A stretch of 64,000 nt of DNA. Origin: a candidate division Zixibacteria bacterium CG_4_9_14_3_um_filter_46_8 (lineage in GTDB: Bacteria > Zixibacteria > MSB-5A5 > UM-FILTER-46-8). The translations under genes were made by a program, and so were the position numbers. Shown in pieces: positions 50,052-61,262 of the stretch. Under the pieces are notes generated by a model. It saw nothing but the letters and a program-made list of their open reading frames with translations. It ran no database searches and had not been told where the DNA came from. The DNA lies in assembly GCA_002791595.1 (NCBI GenBank), contig PFXJ01000025.1, positions 19,880-83,879 on the forward strand. Reading direction: 5' to 3'. Position 1 is the stretch's first letter. The number at the start of each line of letters is the position of its first letter.

Positions 50052-50486
50052 TTATTGGGCGGCAGAAGAATCCTTTTGGGCTTTGGCTTTCTCGCCTTTT
50101 TTCTTATCAGATTCCTCTGGAATGGTTGGCTTATAATTAACCAGTTCGACCAGGGAGAGTGAGGCATTATCTCCCTTGCGGTGACCCCATTTTACGATTC
50201 TAGTATAGCCGCCGTTACGGTTAGAGAAATCAACGGCAATGACATTAAATAATTTCTTAAGAACGGCTCTATCCCTAATGGTCTGGTTAGCCATACGGCG
50301 GGCATGAACAGTATTGCTCTTGCCCTTGGTGATCATACCATCAACCAGCGATTTCAACACTTTAGCGCGCGAATCCGTGGTTGTAACTCTGCCATGATCC
50401 AACAGAGAAGTGACCATATTCCGCATCATTGCCAGGCGGTGGTTTCTCTTCACCCCCAGTTTTCTAACAGTTCTATTATGTCTCAT
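50052..50486 (-). CDS. rplQ: 50S ribosomal protein L17
   Basis: MRHNRTVRKLGVKRNHRLAMMRNM... is L17, with a Lys/Glu-rich C-terminal extension. Confidence 0.9.
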   Translation of the reverse strand: MRHNRTVRKLGVKRNHRLAMMRNMVTSLLDHGRVTTTDSRAKVLKSLVDGMITKGKSNTVHARRMANQTIRDRAVLKKLFNVIAVDFSNRNGGYTRIVKWGHRKGDNASLSLVELVNYKPTIPEESDKKKGEKAKAQKDSSAAQ

Positions 50487-50519
50487 TTATACTACCTCTG
50501 CTCAGATCCTTATTAAAAG

Positions 50520-51509
50520 TTACAACGATTCGGGGGTCCCTTCCAGGTACTTGCTTACATCCATCCCAAAAGCCAATTTCATCTCAGCGAGAATGGCATT
50601 TAACTCAGTCAGAGACTTGCGACCGAAATTACGGTACTTCAGCATATCTGATTCGCTTCTTTGGACAAGATCGGCAATCGTGATGATATTTGCCGCTCGA
50701 AGGCAATTGGACGAACGCACGGAAAGCTCCAGTTCATCGACTCGCATTCCCAAGAGGCCCCTGACGCGAACGGTCTCCGGAGCTTCGGTGACATCCTTAG
50801 TGGCCTCGCTTTCATCCTCAGGGCGAATAAATATCCTCAGATGATCAAAAATCGATTTGGCGGCAAAGGTCAAGGATTCTTCGGGTTTGATGGAACCATC
50901 AGTCCATATCTCGATGATGAGATGGTCATAGTCAGTTCGTTGGCCGATACGAGCATTTTCCACCTTGTAATTCACTCGGGTGACAGGAGAAAAGAGCGAA
51001 TCAACGAATATTGTTCCTATGGGAGACTCCAGAGTTTTATGAGACTCGGAGGGCTCATAGCCACGTCCAGACCCCACATCCATTTCCATACGAAAATGAA
51101 CGTCCTCGGTCAACTTGACGATATGCAATTCCGGGTTTAATAGCTCGATTTCAGCTTCCAATTCAAAATCGTTCGCAGTATAATCTCCCGGACCCGAAAC
51201 ATCAAGCACCATTTTCTTGGGAGGATCTCCATGAAGCTTCAGGCGGATCTGCTTCACATTCAAAACTATCTGGGTAACATCCTCCAAGACTCCGGGGATT
51301 GTGGCAAATTCATGCTTGACGCCATCAATCCTTATTGCGGTTACGGCGGCTCCCGGAATAGACGAAAGCAGGGTGCGGCGCAAGGCATGGCCCAGCGTCA
51401 GACCATTGCCGCGTTCCAGCGGCTGAATATGAAATTTGGTATAATAATCACTCGCAGTATCAACGTCGATGTTGACTTCCTGCGGCATCTGTAGGCTTTT
51501 CCATTTCAT
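50520..51509 (-). CDS. rpoA: DNA-directed RNA polymerase subunit alpha
   Basis: 329 aa with an N-terminal dimerisation domain and C-terminal domain. Conserved position between rpsD and rplQ. Confidence 0.95.
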   Translation of the reverse strand: MKWKSLQMPQEVNIDVDTASDYYTKFHIQPLERGNGLTLGHALRRTLLSSIPGAAVTAIRIDGVKHEFATIPGVLEDVTQIVLNVKQIRLKLHGDPPKKMVLDVSGPGDYTANDFELEAEIELLNPELHIVKLTEDVHFRMEMDVGSGRGYEPSESHKTLESPIGTIFVDSLFSPVTRVNYKVENARIGQRTDYDHLIIEIWTDGSIKPEESLTFAAKSIFDHLRIFIRPEDESEATKDVTEAPETVRVRGLLGMRVDELELSVRSSNCLRAANIITIADLVQRSESDMLKYRNFGRKSLTELNAILAEMKLAFGMDVSKYLEGTPESL

Positions 51510-51547
51510 TTATTGAAGGCCCTCCAGGACTTTAATATTTTTTGGAC

Positions 51548-52177
51548 CTATTTAGAGTATAGCTCAACTATTAACTGCTCCTGAACCATTACAGGAATTT
51601 CTTCGCGGCGCGGAATTTCGAGAATCTCTCCTTCAAGTTTGGCTTTATCAACACGAAGCCAAGCTAGATCGGTGCCCCGACCCGAGGACTTAAGAGCCTC
51701 ATGAATTATTTCAAGATTCGCGCTTTTCTCCCGAACCTTAATAATATCCTTCGGTCTCAGATTAAAAGATGGCACATTGACTGTCTTTCCGTTCACACTG
51801 AAGTGCTCATGAAGGACCAGCTGACGGGCGGATTTTCTTGAGGGCGCAAAACCAAGGCGATACACGATGTTATCGAGGCGGCTTTCAAGCAGCACCAATA
51901 GATTTTCACCGGTAATGCCCCGGCCTCGTTCCGCCCTCTTGAAATAATTCCTGAATTGCTTTTCAAAAACGCCGTAAATTCGGCGGACCTTCTGCTTTTC
52001 CCGCAATTGCAACCCATACTCGGACACCTTGCGCCGCATAGTTTGCCCGTGTTGCCCGGGAGCATAAGGCCGGCGATCAAAAGCGCATTTTTCGGAATAG
52101 CAGCGAGCTCCTTTTAAAAACAGCTTCTGCCCCTCCCGGCGACAGAGTTTGCAATTTGCATCGGTATATCTTGCCAT
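51548..52177 (-). CDS. rpsD: 30S ribosomal protein S4 (with an N-terminal Cys4 zinc ribbon)
   Basis: Start set at [31 protein letters not shown] (four Cys), then PGQHG, the S4 domain and [12 protein letters not shown]. The longer ORF-track start at 52246 is a spurious extension. Confidence 0.9.
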   Translation of the reverse strand: MARYTDANCKLCRREGQKLFLKGARCYSEKCAFDRRPYAPGQHGQTMRRKVSEYGLQLREKQKVRRIYGVFEKQFRNYFKRAERGRGITGENLLVLLESRLDNIVYRLGFAPSRKSARQLVLHEHFSVNGKTVNVPSFNLRPKDIIKVREKSANLEIIHEALKSSGRGTDLAWLRVDKAKLEGEILEIPRREEIPVMVQEQLIVELYSK

Positions 52178-52211
52178 TAACTCTCCAAATACTCTCTTAT
52201 CTAAACTAAAA

Positions 52212-52604
52212 TTAAACCCGTCTTCGCTTCGGGGGACGGCAACCATTATGAGGAATGGGGGTTACATCGCGAATGGCCATAATCTCCAGGCCTGCGGCTT
52301 GCAACGAGCGTATTGCCGCCTCACGACCGGAACCTGGTCCCTTTACTCTTACCTCCACCCTTTTCAGACCCATCTCGATAGCCTCTTTTGCAGATGCTTG
52401 GGCGGCTAATTGAGCGGCAAAAGGTGTCGATTTCTTGGAACCTTTAAATCCCGCCTTTCCAGCTGAAGCCCAGGAAATGACATTGCCTTTCGTATCGGTC
52501 AGCGCCACGATAGTATTATTAAACGTGGCTTTGATGTGCGCAATGCCCAGGGCATCGATCTTCTTTCCTTTTTTCCTTACTTTCCTCTTTTTAGGTTCGG
52601 CCAA
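52212..52604 (-). CDS. rpsK: 30S ribosomal protein S11
   Basis: [14 protein letters not shown]...[11 protein letters not shown] matches S11. Confidence 0.9.
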   Translation of the reverse strand: MAEPKKRKVRKKGKKIDALGIAHIKATFNNTIVALTDTKGNVISWASAGKAGFKGSKKSTPFAAQLAAQASAKEAIEMGLKRVEVRVKGPGSGREAAIRSLQAAGLEIMAIRDVTPIPHNGCRPPKRRRV

Positions 52605-52638
52605 TTTTCCTCCTTACAATTTCCGGGTCATAAATCTA

Positions 52639-53007
52639 TTAGGCCTTGACCCTGCCAATTACCTTCTTGGGTCCCTTACGGGTGCGGGAATTATTCTTGG
52701 TATTTTGTCCCCGAACAGGGAGGCCTCGACGGTGTCGTAATCCTCGATATGAACCGATATCAATCAACCGTTTTATATTCATGGCGATTTCCGTTCGTAG
52801 CTCGCCTTCCACTTTGTGATGAGCATCAATGCTCGCCCTGATCTTGGCGGCATCTTCATCAGTCAATTGGTGAACTCTTGTATCTGGATTTATACCGGTT
52901 TCCTGCAGGATTAGTCTCGCTTTCTGCGCACCTATACCATAAATATAAGTCAGTCCGACTTCAATCCTCTTGTTCTTGGGCAGGTCCACACCTGCTATAC
53001 GTGCCAA
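52639..53007 (-). CDS. rpsM: 30S ribosomal protein S13
   Basis: [26 protein letters not shown] is S13. Confidence 0.9.
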   Translation of the reverse strand: MARIAGVDLPKNKRIEVGLTYIYGIGAQKARLILQETGINPDTRVHQLTDEDAAKIRASIDAHHKVEGELRTEIAMNIKRLIDIGSYRGLRHRRGLPVRGQNTKNNSRTRKGPKKVIGRVKA

Positions 53008-53035
53008 TTAAACCTCCTATCCTTTCTATGAAACA

Positions 53036-53149
53036 TTAACCCTGCCTTTGCTTGTGCTTGGGGTTGGGACAAATCACGCGCACCACGCCTTTACGGCGTA
53101 TAATTTTGCATTTATCGCAACGAACTTTTACTGAAGTGCGAACTTTCAT
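53036..53149 (-). CDS. rpmJ: 50S ribosomal protein L36
   Basis: Not in the ORF track. Manual translation of the minus strand gives [37 protein letters not shown], which is canonical L36. Confidence 0.85.
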   Translation of the reverse strand: MKVRTSVKVRCDKCKIIRRKGVVRVICPNPKHKQRQG

Positions 53150-53171
53150 ATCATCCTCATTGTCTGGAAAA

Positions 53172-53390
53172 TTATTTATATCTATATACGATGCGACCGC
53201 GATTTAAATCATAAGGCGATAATTCGATGGTAACCCTATCTCCGGGAAGGATTTTAATAAAATGCATCCTCATCTTTCCTGAGATATGTGCCAGTACTCT
53301 ATGGCCATTTTCCAACTCAACTTTAAACATAGCATTAGGCAGTGGTTCTAACACCTTTCCATCTACTGTTATCGCTTCCTCTTTAGCCAT
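53172..53390 (-). CDS. infA: Translation initiation factor IF-1
   Basis: [30 protein letters not shown]... is IF-1. Start set at the internal Met. Confidence 0.9.
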   Translation of the reverse strand: MAKEEAITVDGKVLEPLPNAMFKVELENGHRVLAHISGKMRMHFIKILPGDRVTIELSPYDLNRGRIVYRYK

Positions 53391-53394
53391 ATCG

Positions 53395-54144
53395 TTAATT
53401 GCCAATGGTGAGAATCCTGGGACCATTCACCGTTATGGCGATAGTATGCTCAAAATGCGCTGATGGCTGCTTATCCTTCGTAACAATGGTCCATTTGTCT
53501 TCGAGCGTCTCAACCTTCCAAGTTCCAATGTTAACCATAGGTTCGATTGCCAGGGTCATCCCGGGTTGGAGCACTGGGCCATTGCCGGGTCTGCCGAAAT
53601 TAGGGATCTGGGGATCCTCATGCATCTGCTTTCCAATACCATGACCTACCAGTTCCCTGACCACCGAATATCCGTAAGACTCAACAAAATCCTGTATGAC
53701 AAAAGATATATCTGAAAGACGATTACCGGCGCGAGCCATCCCGATGCCTTTATCCAATGCCTTCCGCGTGACTTCCAGAAGCTTTTCCTTTTCAGGATCA
53801 CCCGGAGGCAATAAATAACTACGGGCAGAATCTCCATAATAGCCATTCTTTAATACACCGATATCTACCGAAACCAGGTCTGCTTCAGATATTTCACGCT
53901 CACCGGGGATACCATGGACTACCTCTTCATTTATCGATACACAAATGTTAGCGGGGTAACCACCATATCCCTTAAATGCCGCAATTCCTCCATTGGCCTT
54001 AATGTAATCATTCACTTTGGCATCAAGTTGTCTGGTTGTAACGCCAGGTTTCAATATTTCCTCTATTTCTCCAAAACAGCCAGCGACAATTCGCCCAGCT
54101 TGGGCCATCAATTCGATTTCCTCTGGCTTCTTTATCGTAATCAT
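53395..54144 (-). CDS. map: Methionine aminopeptidase type I
   Basis: Pita-bread fold metal ligands and conserved blocks ([15 protein letters not shown]). Confidence 0.9.
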   Translation of the reverse strand: MITIKKPEEIELMAQAGRIVAGCFGEIEEILKPGVTTRQLDAKVNDYIKANGGIAAFKGYGGYPANICVSINEEVVHGIPGEREISEADLVSVDIGVLKNGYYGDSARSYLLPPGDPEKEKLLEVTRKALDKGIGMARAGNRLSDISFVIQDFVESYGYSVVRELVGHGIGKQMHEDPQIPNFGRPGNGPVLQPGMTLAIEPMVNIGTWKVETLEDKWTIVTKDKQPSAHFEHTIAITVNGPRILTIGN

Positions 54145-54151
54145 TTCAGCC

Positions 54152-54811
54152 TTAAGAAATTGCCGCTAATATATCGTGAGTTATTTCATCAAATCCACGA
54201 TTTGCCGCAATTACTTTGAGTAAGCCGCGTCTCTTATAAAAAGCCTCTATCGGAGAGGCAAGATCATGATAGACCTTGAGACGATTTTCGATAACTTCCT
54301 TCCTGTCATCGTTTCTTTGCACCAAAGGACCGCCGCAATTATCGCAAACTCCGCTTTGGGAGGGAGGCTTAGTCCTCAGATTAAAATCTGTCTTGCAACT
54401 GGCGCAAAAGACACGTGCCGTGAGCCGTTCTACTATCGCCTGGTCGGGAACATCAAGCTTAATTGCGCAATCAAGTTTGACCTTCAATTTCCCGAAAAGT
54501 TCTTCAAGACCTTCTGCCTGCGGCATAGTCCTTGGGAAACCATCAAGGATGAATGACCTGGCAGTTTCATCGTCCGAAAGAATCTCCTCTACTATCCCGA
54601 GTAAAACCTCGTCCGGAACCAATTCACCGGCATCCATAAATTTCTTGGCTTTCAGACCCAGGTCAGTTCCCGCAACCGCCGCTTCGCGCAGGATATCGCC
54701 GGTGGATATATGCTTAGCTTTGTTTCTGGTTGCGATTATTTTAGCTTGGGCTCCCTTTCCCGATCCCGGTGGACCAAGAAATATCAATCTCAACGCTTCT
54801 TGGGTCTCCAA
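54152..54811 (-). CDS. adk: Adenylate kinase (with a zinc-binding LID)
   Basis: P-loop GPPGSGKG. The LID carries CASC...CDNC. Confidence 0.9.
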   Translation of the reverse strand: METQEALRLIFLGPPGSGKGAQAKIIATRNKAKHISTGDILREAAVAGTDLGLKAKKFMDAGELVPDEVLLGIVEEILSDDETARSFILDGFPRTMPQAEGLEELFGKLKVKLDCAIKLDVPDQAIVERLTARVFCASCKTDFNLRTKPPSQSGVCDNCGGPLVQRNDDRKEVIENRLKVYHDLASPIEAFYKRRGLLKVIAANRGFDEITHDILAAIS

Positions 54812-54813
54812 CT

Positions 54814-56127
54814 CTAGGCGTACCTGCCTCTCATCCGACCCTTCTTCATAAATCCATCATAATGACGCATAATAAGATGAGACTCAATCTGTTGCAATGT
54901 ATCAAGTGCTACACCGACCACAATGAGCAAGCCCGTGCCTCCGAAATAGAATGAGACATTAAAAATGCGCGACATTATGTTGGGCATTATTGCTATCAAG
55001 GCGAAGAATACCGCTCCCGGCAATGTAATCCTGGTAAGTACCCGGTCGATATACTCCGATGTTCGTTTTCCTGGACGGATTCCCGGGATAAAGCCCCCAT
55101 TCTTCTTCATATTGTCCGCCAAGTCCACTGGATTGAAGACGATAGCCGTATAAAAATAGGCGAAGAATATGATCAAGAGCCCGTAAATCGTATTATAGAT
55201 TACGTGTCCAGGTGCGAACCAACCGGCAATATTGCCCATAAATTCCGAATTGGGGAAAAATGAGGTCAAAGTGCTTGGAGCAAACATAATAGATTGGGCA
55301 AAGATGATTGGAATAATACCTGCCGAGTTAACCGAAAGCGGTATGTGGGTGGCTTGACCACCATAAACCTTGCGTCCAACAACTCGCTTTGCATACTGCA
55401 CCGGGATTTTTCTTATTGAGCGGGTTGCAACCACAATCGCCGCAATCACAGCTATCATCAAGGCAATAATGATAAGTTCCGACACAATATTACGTTGACC
55501 GCCAATGAATAGTCGGGCTTCGTCCATCACGGCCTGAGGGAATCTCGCGACAATCCCTATAAAAATGATAAGTGAAATTCCATTGCCAATTCCCTTTTCT
55601 GTAATCTGCTCACCCAACCACATAATAAATATACAGCCGGAAGTAAAAGTTAACATTGTAAGCAACTTAAAACCCATACCGGGGACAGGGACTACCTTCA
55701 AGCCAGACGATGTTGTAATGGACTCCAGGAACACGCTTGTTCCCATCGCCTGCAGAGCGGCAATCAGGACAGTTCCGTATCTGGTATACTGCGTTATCTT
55801 CCGCCTACCTTCTTCACCTTCTTTTTGGAGCTTTTGGAAGTAGGGAATCACGGAACCCATTAACTGGATTATGATTGATGCCGAAATATATGGCATTATA
55901 CCCAGGGAAAAAATTGTGGCCTTACTGAAGGCTCCGCCAACGAACATATCATATAAACCGAACAAGGAACCCTGCGCCTGGGAGAAAAATTCGCCCAGAG
56001 CCTTAGGGTCAATACCGGGGGTCGGAACGTGCCCGCCGATTCTATAGACAATGAGAATGCCAAGCGTAAAAAGAATTCGCTCTCGGAGTTCCTGGATTTT
56101 GAAAATCGAGCGGAAGCTTTTTATCAC
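54814..56127 (-). CDS. secY: Protein translocase subunit SecY
   Basis: 437 aa, 10-TM SecY with conserved blocks. Conserved rplO-secY-adk-map order. Confidence 0.95.
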   Translation of the reverse strand: MIKSFRSIFKIQELRERILFTLGILIVYRIGGHVPTPGIDPKALGEFFSQAQGSLFGLYDMFVGGAFSKATIFSLGIMPYISASIIIQLMGSVIPYFQKLQKEGEEGRRKITQYTRYGTVLIAALQAMGTSVFLESITTSSGLKVVPVPGMGFKLLTMLTFTSGCIFIMWLGEQITEKGIGNGISLIIFIGIVARFPQAVMDEARLFIGGQRNIVSELIIIALMIAVIAAIVVATRSIRKIPVQYAKRVVGRKVYGGQATHIPLSVNSAGIIPIIFAQSIMFAPSTLTSFFPNSEFMGNIAGWFAPGHVIYNTIYGLLIIFFAYFYTAIVFNPVDLADNMKKNGGFIPGIRPGKRTSEYIDRVLTRITLPGAVFFALIAIMPNIMSRIFNVSFYFGGTGLLIVVGVALDTLQQIESHLIMRHYDGFMKKGRMRGRYA

Positions 56128-56567
56128 TGTATGACCTCCACTTTACCCCCAGCAGCCTCTATCTTTTGGATCGCAGTTTTGCTAAAAGCATGCGCTGAAA
56201 CATTGATGGCTCTGGAAATATCACCCTGTCCCAAAATTTTCACTGGCCGATTCTTCTTGCTGGCCAACCCGGCCTCGTAAATGTCAGCCAATTTAATCGT
56301 ATTTCCTTCCAACTGGCTTAGGGCTTCCAAATTTACTGGTTGAAATTCCGTCTTAAATATATTTACAAAGCCTCGTTTGGGAAGTCTCCTCTGCAGAGGC
56401 ATCTGGCCGCCTTCGGAATAAGCTTTAAACTTGTACCCACTACGAGCTTTCTGTCCTTTATGACCCTTTCCGGAAGTCTTTCCTGTACCAGAGCCAGGTC
56501 CCCTCCCCAATCTTTTCCTGCTCTTAACCGAACCTTTTGGCCGTCTTATTTCTCCTAATCTCATCAT
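56124..56567 (-). CDS. rplO: 50S ribosomal protein L15
   Basis: Gly/Lys-rich N-terminus GRGPGSGTGKTSGKGHKGQKARSG is typical of L15. Confidence 0.9.
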   Translation of the reverse strand: MMRLGEIRRPKGSVKSRKRLGRGPGSGTGKTSGKGHKGQKARSGYKFKAYSEGGQMPLQRRLPKRGFVNIFKTEFQPVNLEALSQLEGNTIKLADIYEAGLASKKNRPVKILGQGDISRAINVSAHAFSKTAIQKIEAAGGKVEVIQ

Positions 56568-56576
56568 TACCTCTGG

Positions 56577-56771
56577 CTATTTCCCCCGATCCTGTTTTTC
56601 TACTCTCACCAGATGCTTAACCTTGTCAACCATTCCCATAATGGTTGGCGAATCTTCATGAGTGACGGTTTGATGCATCCTATGGATACCTAAAGCGATC
56701 AAAACCCTCTTCTGGTTTTGAATACGTCCAACGCCGCTTCTAATCTGAGTAATTCTAATCTTCATATTCAT
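56577..56771 (-). CDS. rpmD: 50S ribosomal protein L30
   Basis: [26 protein letters not shown] is L30-like. Position between rpsE and rplO. Confidence 0.8.
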   Translation of the reverse strand: MNMKIRITQIRSGVGRIQNQKRVLIALGIHRMHQTVTHEDSPTIMGMVDKVKHLVRVEKQDRGK

Positions 56772-57310
56772 TCACCGTTATCGGAAAAAGTAGCTTCCAA
56801 ACGGGAATCCTTTTCTTTCTCGCGTTCAGCTTGTTCACATCTCATCAATCCAGTGGCCTCTACTTCCTTTAATTTCAGCAAGCCATTCATAGTCGCCTTA
56901 ACGATATTATTCGGATTAGAGGATCCGAGAGATTTCGTCAATACATCAGTGGCTCCGGCCACTTCAAGGACGGCACGGACCCCGCCACCGGCGATTACAC
57001 CTGTGCCTGCGGAAGCCGGCTTGAGCAGAACGCAAGCTGCGCCATAGCGGCCATTGACCTGGTAAGGCAAAGTTCCATTTATAATTGGAACCTCAACCAT
57101 CGACTTATGAGCGGCATCAGTCCCTTTGCGAATTGCCTCCGAAATTTCATTGGCTTTGCCCAATCCAACACCAACTTTCCCGCGACGGTCGCCAGCCACA
57201 ACCAAAGCTGTGAAACTGAAGCGACGACCACCTTTCACAACCTTGGCGACACGACTAATATGAACAACTTTTTCTTGGAATTCTAATAATTCATCATCCT
57301 GCCTGTACAA
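56768..57310 (-). CDS. rpsE: 30S ribosomal protein S5
   Basis: [19 protein letters not shown]...AGTGVIAGG is S5. Confidence 0.9.
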   Translation of the reverse strand: MYRQDDELLEFQEKVVHISRVAKVVKGGRRFSFTALVVAGDRRGKVGVGLGKANEISEAIRKGTDAAHKSMVEVPIINGTLPYQVNGRYGAACVLLKPASAGTGVIAGGGVRAVLEVAGATDVLTKSLGSSNPNNIVKATMNGLLKLKEVEATGLMRCEQAEREKEKDSRLEATFSDNGE

Positions 57311-57349
57311 ATCGGTATCCTTTTATTTAATGATTTGGCCACCAGTATT

Positions 57350-57724
57350 CTAAAATTGAAGCCCGCCCTTCCGCGCTCCTTCAGCCAGGGATTTAACCCT
57401 GCCGTGATATCTATAACCCCCGCGATCAAAAATAACCTTCTCGATCCCTTTCTGCTTGGCGATCTCGGCAACGGCAAAACCGACCTTAAAAGCAACATCA
57501 CGCTTCTTGTCCTTGTCGCCAATCTTACCTTTAAGCTCAGGATTTAGATCGGAGACACCGGTGATAGTTTTTCCAGAAATATCATCTACCAATTGTGCAT
57601 AGACATGGCGGGATGATTTGTTGACCAGCAGACGGGGTTTCTGTAATGTGCCCACCATCTTGTGCTTTGATCTAAGCCGACGCCTTTGGAGTTTCCTCCG
57701 TTTTTCAATAGTCTTTATCGCCAT
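57350..57724 (-). CDS. rplR: 50S ribosomal protein L18
   Basis: RLLVNKSSRHVYAQLVDD and a C-terminal GGYRYHGRV are L18. Confidence 0.9.
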   Translation of the reverse strand: MAIKTIEKRRKLQRRRLRSKHKMVGTLQKPRLLVNKSSRHVYAQLVDDISGKTITGVSDLNPELKGKIGDKDKKRDVAFKVGFAVAEIAKQKGIEKVIFDRGGYRYHGRVKSLAEGARKGGLQF

Positions 57725-57751
57725 TGTTCACCCAATAATTCAACCTTTGTG

Positions 57752-58291
57752 CTACGCTCCCGCGGTTTTGCCTGCTTTTCTTCTCACTGTTTCGCCTGCG
57801 TATCTTACTCCCTTGCCCTTATACGGTTCTGGGGGTCTGAATGAGCGGATGAGCGCCGCCGTTTCGCCGACAAGTTGTTTATCGAAACCGGAAATATTAA
57901 TCTTAGTGTTTCCTTCCAGAGTGATTGTTATCCCTGGAGCCGGGGCGATAAGTATTTCATGCGAATAACCCAATGAGAGTTTTAATATTTTGCCCTGCAG
58001 TTCGGCGCGATACCCCACACCCTGAATCTCCAATAGCCGAGTGAATCCAGAAGTAACACCGGTAACCATATTGGCTAATAACGCCCTGGTAAGACCGTGC
58101 AATGATCGATGGAGTTTGGACTCCGAATGCCGCGTCACCCTGATTTTGTTATCTTCGATATTTACATCGACACCCGGCACCAAAGTATAGCCAAGAGCTC
58201 CTTTAGTCCCGGAAATCTCTACACGACGTCCTTTAATCTCGACCTTGGCGCCTTTGGGAATTTCTATCGGTAATTTTCCAATTCGTGACAC
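57752..58291 (-). CDS. rplF: 50S ribosomal protein L6
   Basis: MSRIGKLPIEIPKGAKVEIKG N-terminus is L6. Confidence 0.9.
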   Translation of the reverse strand: MSRIGKLPIEIPKGAKVEIKGRRVEISGTKGALGYTLVPGVDVNIEDNKIRVTRHSESKLHRSLHGLTRALLANMVTGVTSGFTRLLEIQGVGYRAELQGKILKLSLGYSHEILIAPAPGITITLEGNTKINISGFDKQLVGETAALIRSFRPPEPYKGKGVRYAGETVRRKAGKTAGA

Positions 58292-58317
58292 TTTAAACCC
58301 TCTTCAATTATGTAGCA

Positions 58318-58716
58318 TCACCATATTCTGCAGATGGCTTCACCGCCAATGCCGCGTTTTATGGCCTCTTCCTCGGCCAGGACTCCCTGCGAAGTGGATA
58401 TGATGATGGTTCCGAGATACCTACTCATCGCTTTTAGGTCATCTTTAGCCAAATATGTGCGGCGACCAGGGCTGCTGACTCTTGACATCCCCGAAAAGAC
58501 ACTCTGGTGATCAAGAGTATATCTCATCCTAATCCGGAGGACACCTTGCTTGTTATCGGGAATCACAGCATACTTCGAGATAAAATCTCTCTCCACCAAA
58601 ATCCTGGCAATCTGCTCCTTGATTTTCGAATTAGGAATATCAACAAATCGCTTCTTGGCTTTTGAAGCATTGCGTATTCTGGTAAGCATATCCGCTATGG
58701 GATCGGTCATACACAT
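58318..58716 (-). CDS. rpsH: 30S ribosomal protein S8
   Basis: DPIADMLTRIRNA is S8. Confidence 0.9.
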   Translation of the reverse strand: MCMTDPIADMLTRIRNASKAKKRFVDIPNSKIKEQIARILVERDFISKYAVIPDNKQGVLRIRMRYTLDHQSVFSGMSRVSSPGRRTYLAKDDLKAMSRYLGTIIISTSQGVLAEEEAIKRGIGGEAICRIW

Positions 58717-58753
58717 AAATAAATTCCTCCGTTATCCTGTTGTCTTGAACCCA

Positions 58754-58939
58754 TCACCAGCTGGCCTTCACCACGCCCGGAATATCTCCTTTGAGCGCCA
58801 GTAAACGGAAGCATATCCTACAGAGGCCAAATCGACGCAGATAACCACGAGGCCTGCCGCAGATATGACAACGATTATGATGTCTAACCGGGAACTTCGG
58901 CTTGCTTTGCCACTTTTCCATTTTGCATTTTTTAGCCAT
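58754..58939 (-). CDS. rpsN: 30S ribosomal protein S14 type Z (zinc-binding)
   Basis: 61 aa with [22 protein letters not shown] (Cys4). Position between rplE and rpsH. Confidence 0.85.
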   Translation of the reverse strand: MAKKCKMEKWQSKPKFPVRHHNRCHICGRPRGYLRRFGLCRICFRLLALKGDIPGVVKASW

Positions 58940-58970
58940 AAATCAATAACTCTTTCTCGCTTGTAATATG

Positions 58971-59540
58971 TTAAGCTGCTGCTGATCCGGCATCACTCCC
59001 GGTCTTTCTGAAAGGCATTCCGAACAGCCTAAGAAGTTCATGGGCCTCATCATCAGTCTTCGCAGTTGTAACAAAGGTGATACTCATTCCTCTAACTTTT
59101 TCTACCTTATCGTAATCTATCTCGGGAAATATGATTTGTTCATTCAACCCAAGGCTGTAACTTCCGCGGCCATCGAAACCATTGGGATTCAATCCCCTGA
59201 AATCGCGGATTCGAGGTACCGCCACGCTTATGAAACGATCAAGAAATTCATACATTCGGGCCCGCCGCAATGTAACGCATGTCCCGATAGCCATTCCGGC
59301 GCGCAATTTGAAATTGGAGATCGATTTCCGGGCACGGGTGATAATCGGTTTCTGGCCCGCGATGGCGGTCAGATCCTTAATAGCCGCTTCCAGCATCTTG
59401 GCATTACCAATCGCCTCTCCTACACCGATGTTAATGACGATTTTCTCCAGCCGCGGCACTTCCATAATATTCTTGCGCCCGAATTTCTTCATCATTGCCA
59501 GCCGTATATCATTATCATAACGGTCTTTTAATCTCACCAT
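58971..59540 (-). CDS. rplE: 50S ribosomal protein L5
   Basis: Conserved L5 blocks ([26 protein letters not shown]). Confidence 0.9.
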   Translation of the reverse strand: MVRLKDRYDNDIRLAMMKKFGRKNIMEVPRLEKIVINIGVGEAIGNAKMLEAAIKDLTAIAGQKPIITRARKSISNFKLRAGMAIGTCVTLRRARMYEFLDRFISVAVPRIRDFRGLNPNGFDGRGSYSLGLNEQIIFPEIDYDKVEKVRGMSITFVTTAKTDDEAHELLRLFGMPFRKTGSDAGSAAA

Positions 59541-59557
59541 CTCTAAAACCTTTGAAC

Positions 59558-59872
59558 CTATATAATCTCACCGCACTTTTTGCAAATCCTGACCCTTTTA
59601 CCATCTTCCAGTTCCCGGCTGCCGAGTTTCGCCAAGGAATTGCATCTATTGCATAAATACATAACATTCGAGACATCGATCGAAGCTTCCTTCGAAATTA
59701 TGCCGCCCTTACGATTGTGCGAACTGGGACGACTGTGGCGTTTGATCATATTTACACCTTCAATAATGATCCGCCTTCGTTCGGGAAAGACCACCAACAC
59801 CTTTCCGGTCTTGCCCCTATCATTTCCGGAAATAACTCTTACTGTATCATCCTTCTTGATTCTCATTGACAT
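59558..59872 (-). CDS. rplX: 50S ribosomal protein L24 (with a C-terminal CxxC...CxxC element)
   Basis: [22 protein letters not shown] is the KOW domain of L24. The C-terminus carries CNRC...CKKC. Confidence 0.9.
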   Translation of the reverse strand: MSMRIKKDDTVRVISGNDRGKTGKVLVVFPERRRIIIEGVNMIKRHSRPSSHNRKGGIISKEASIDVSNVMYLCNRCNSLAKLGSRELEDGKRVRICKKCGEII

Positions 59873-59893
59873 AGTGAAACCCTCAAATCCAGA

Positions 59894-60262
59894 TCACAAA
59901 ACCTCAGGCGCTAACGATACGATTTTCATAAATTGTTTTTCCCGCAACTCGCGGGCCACCGGCCCAAAAATACGCGTTCCCCGCGGTTCCTTCTGTTCAT
60001 TTATGATCACAGCCGCGTTATCAGAGAATCTGATATAAGAACCGTCTTTGCGGCGGGTTTCGCGTCTGGTGCGGACCACCACCGCTTTGCAAACCTCGCT
60101 TTTCTTGACAGTTCCTCCGGGAATCGCATCCTTCACCGTAACCACGATAATATCTCCAATTCTAGCATAACGTCGCCGGGTTCCTCCAAGTATACGGAAA
60201 CACATCACTTCCTTGGCACCGGAATTATCAGCAACAACCAGTTTCGAATATTCTTGAATCAT
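59894..60262 (-). CDS. rplN: 50S ribosomal protein L14
   Basis: [27 protein letters not shown] is L14. Confidence 0.95.
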   Translation of the reverse strand: MIQEYSKLVVADNSGAKEVMCFRILGGTRRRYARIGDIIVVTVKDAIPGGTVKKSEVCKAVVVRTRRETRRKDGSYIRFSDNAAVIINEQKEPRGTRIFGPVARELREKQFMKIVSLAPEVL

Positions 60263-60301
60263 ACAAACCTCAATCCATTTCCTCCAAAGCCGCTTTCCAT
60301 A

Positions 60302-60571
60302 CTACTTTGCTCTTTCCAATATTTCGGTCAAGCGCCAACGTTTTAGTTTGGACAATGGCCGTGATTCCATAACTTTCACAACATCCCCGATTCCGCATTC
60401 GTTATTCTGGTCGTGAATATAGAGTTTGGACGTCGATTTTATGATCTTGCCATAGACTGGGTGCCGCGTTTTCCTTTCGAATGCTACAACTGCGGTCTTG
60501 TCCATCTTATTAGAAACGACTGTACCAATTCTGATTTTTCTAAAATTCCTCAAAGACATCCAAATCCTCAA
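60302..60571 (-). CDS. rpsQ: 30S ribosomal protein S17
   Basis: [27 protein letters not shown] is S17. Confidence 0.9.
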   Translation of the reverse strand: MRIWMSLRNFRKIRIGTVVSNKMDKTAVVAFERKTRHPVYGKIIKSTSKLYIHDQNNECGIGDVVKVMESRPLSKLKRWRLTEILERAK

Positions 60572-60580
60572 ACAATTACA

Positions 60581-60835
60581 CTAACTATTTTCCTGTTTTG
60601 CTTTGTCTCCGGAGACTGCGGAAGCCGCTTTATGATTTATCGCAATAGGGCGATTTTCATTAAGTATCGTTTTTATTTTCGCTATTTCCCGTCGTAATAT
60701 CCGTATCTTGAGTGGATTCTCGATCTGCTGAACTGAGCGACGGAATTTCAAATTAAAAAGATCCTCTTCGATGTCATGGCGCCGTTGCTCCATTTCCTCT
60801 ACGGTCATATCTCGAATCTGACTGGGCTTTAACAT
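60581..60835 (-). CDS. rpmC: 50S ribosomal protein L29 (with a ~20 aa C-terminal extension)
   Basis: IRDMTVEEMEQRRHDIEEDLFNLKFR is L29. Position between rplP and rpsQ. Confidence 0.8.
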   Translation of the reverse strand: MLKPSQIRDMTVEEMEQRRHDIEEDLFNLKFRRSVQQIENPLKIRILRREIAKIKTILNENRPIAINHKAASAVSGDKAKQENS

Positions 60836-60854
60836 ATTTCTACTTGCTCCGGAA

Positions 60855-61262
60855 TTAATGTCTTGTCACAAACTTTGTCTTTATTGGCAATTTGGCCGCC
60901 GCCAAAGCCATAGCCTCTTTGGCCAGATCCTCCGTCACGCCTTCCACTTCAAATAATATCCTGCCCGGCTTAACGACTGCCACCCAACCCTCAGGAACAC
61001 CTTTTCCTTTTCCCATTCTGGTCTCAGCCGGTTTTTTGGTGATCGATTTATCTGGGAAAATCCTGATCCATACTTTTCCACCGCGTTTGATATGTCTGGT
61101 GAGAGCAACACGGGCGGCCTCGATCTGACGATTCGTAATCCAGGCAGGTTGAAGCGCCTTTAAGCCATATTCACCGAAATCCACGTGTGAACCGCGGTAT
61201 GCCTTTCCCGTGCGCCGGCCTCGATGCATCCGGCGGTACTTCACCCTCTTAGGCATTAACAT
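60855..61262 (-). CDS. rplP: 50S ribosomal protein L16
   Basis: [21 protein letters not shown] is L16. Confidence 0.95.
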   Translation of the reverse strand: MLMPKRVKYRRMHRGRRTGKAYRGSHVDFGEYGLKALQPAWITNRQIEAARVALTRHIKRGGKVWIRIFPDKSITKKPAETRMGKGKGVPEGWVAVVKPGRILFEVEGVTEDLAKEAMALAAAKLPIKTKFVTRH

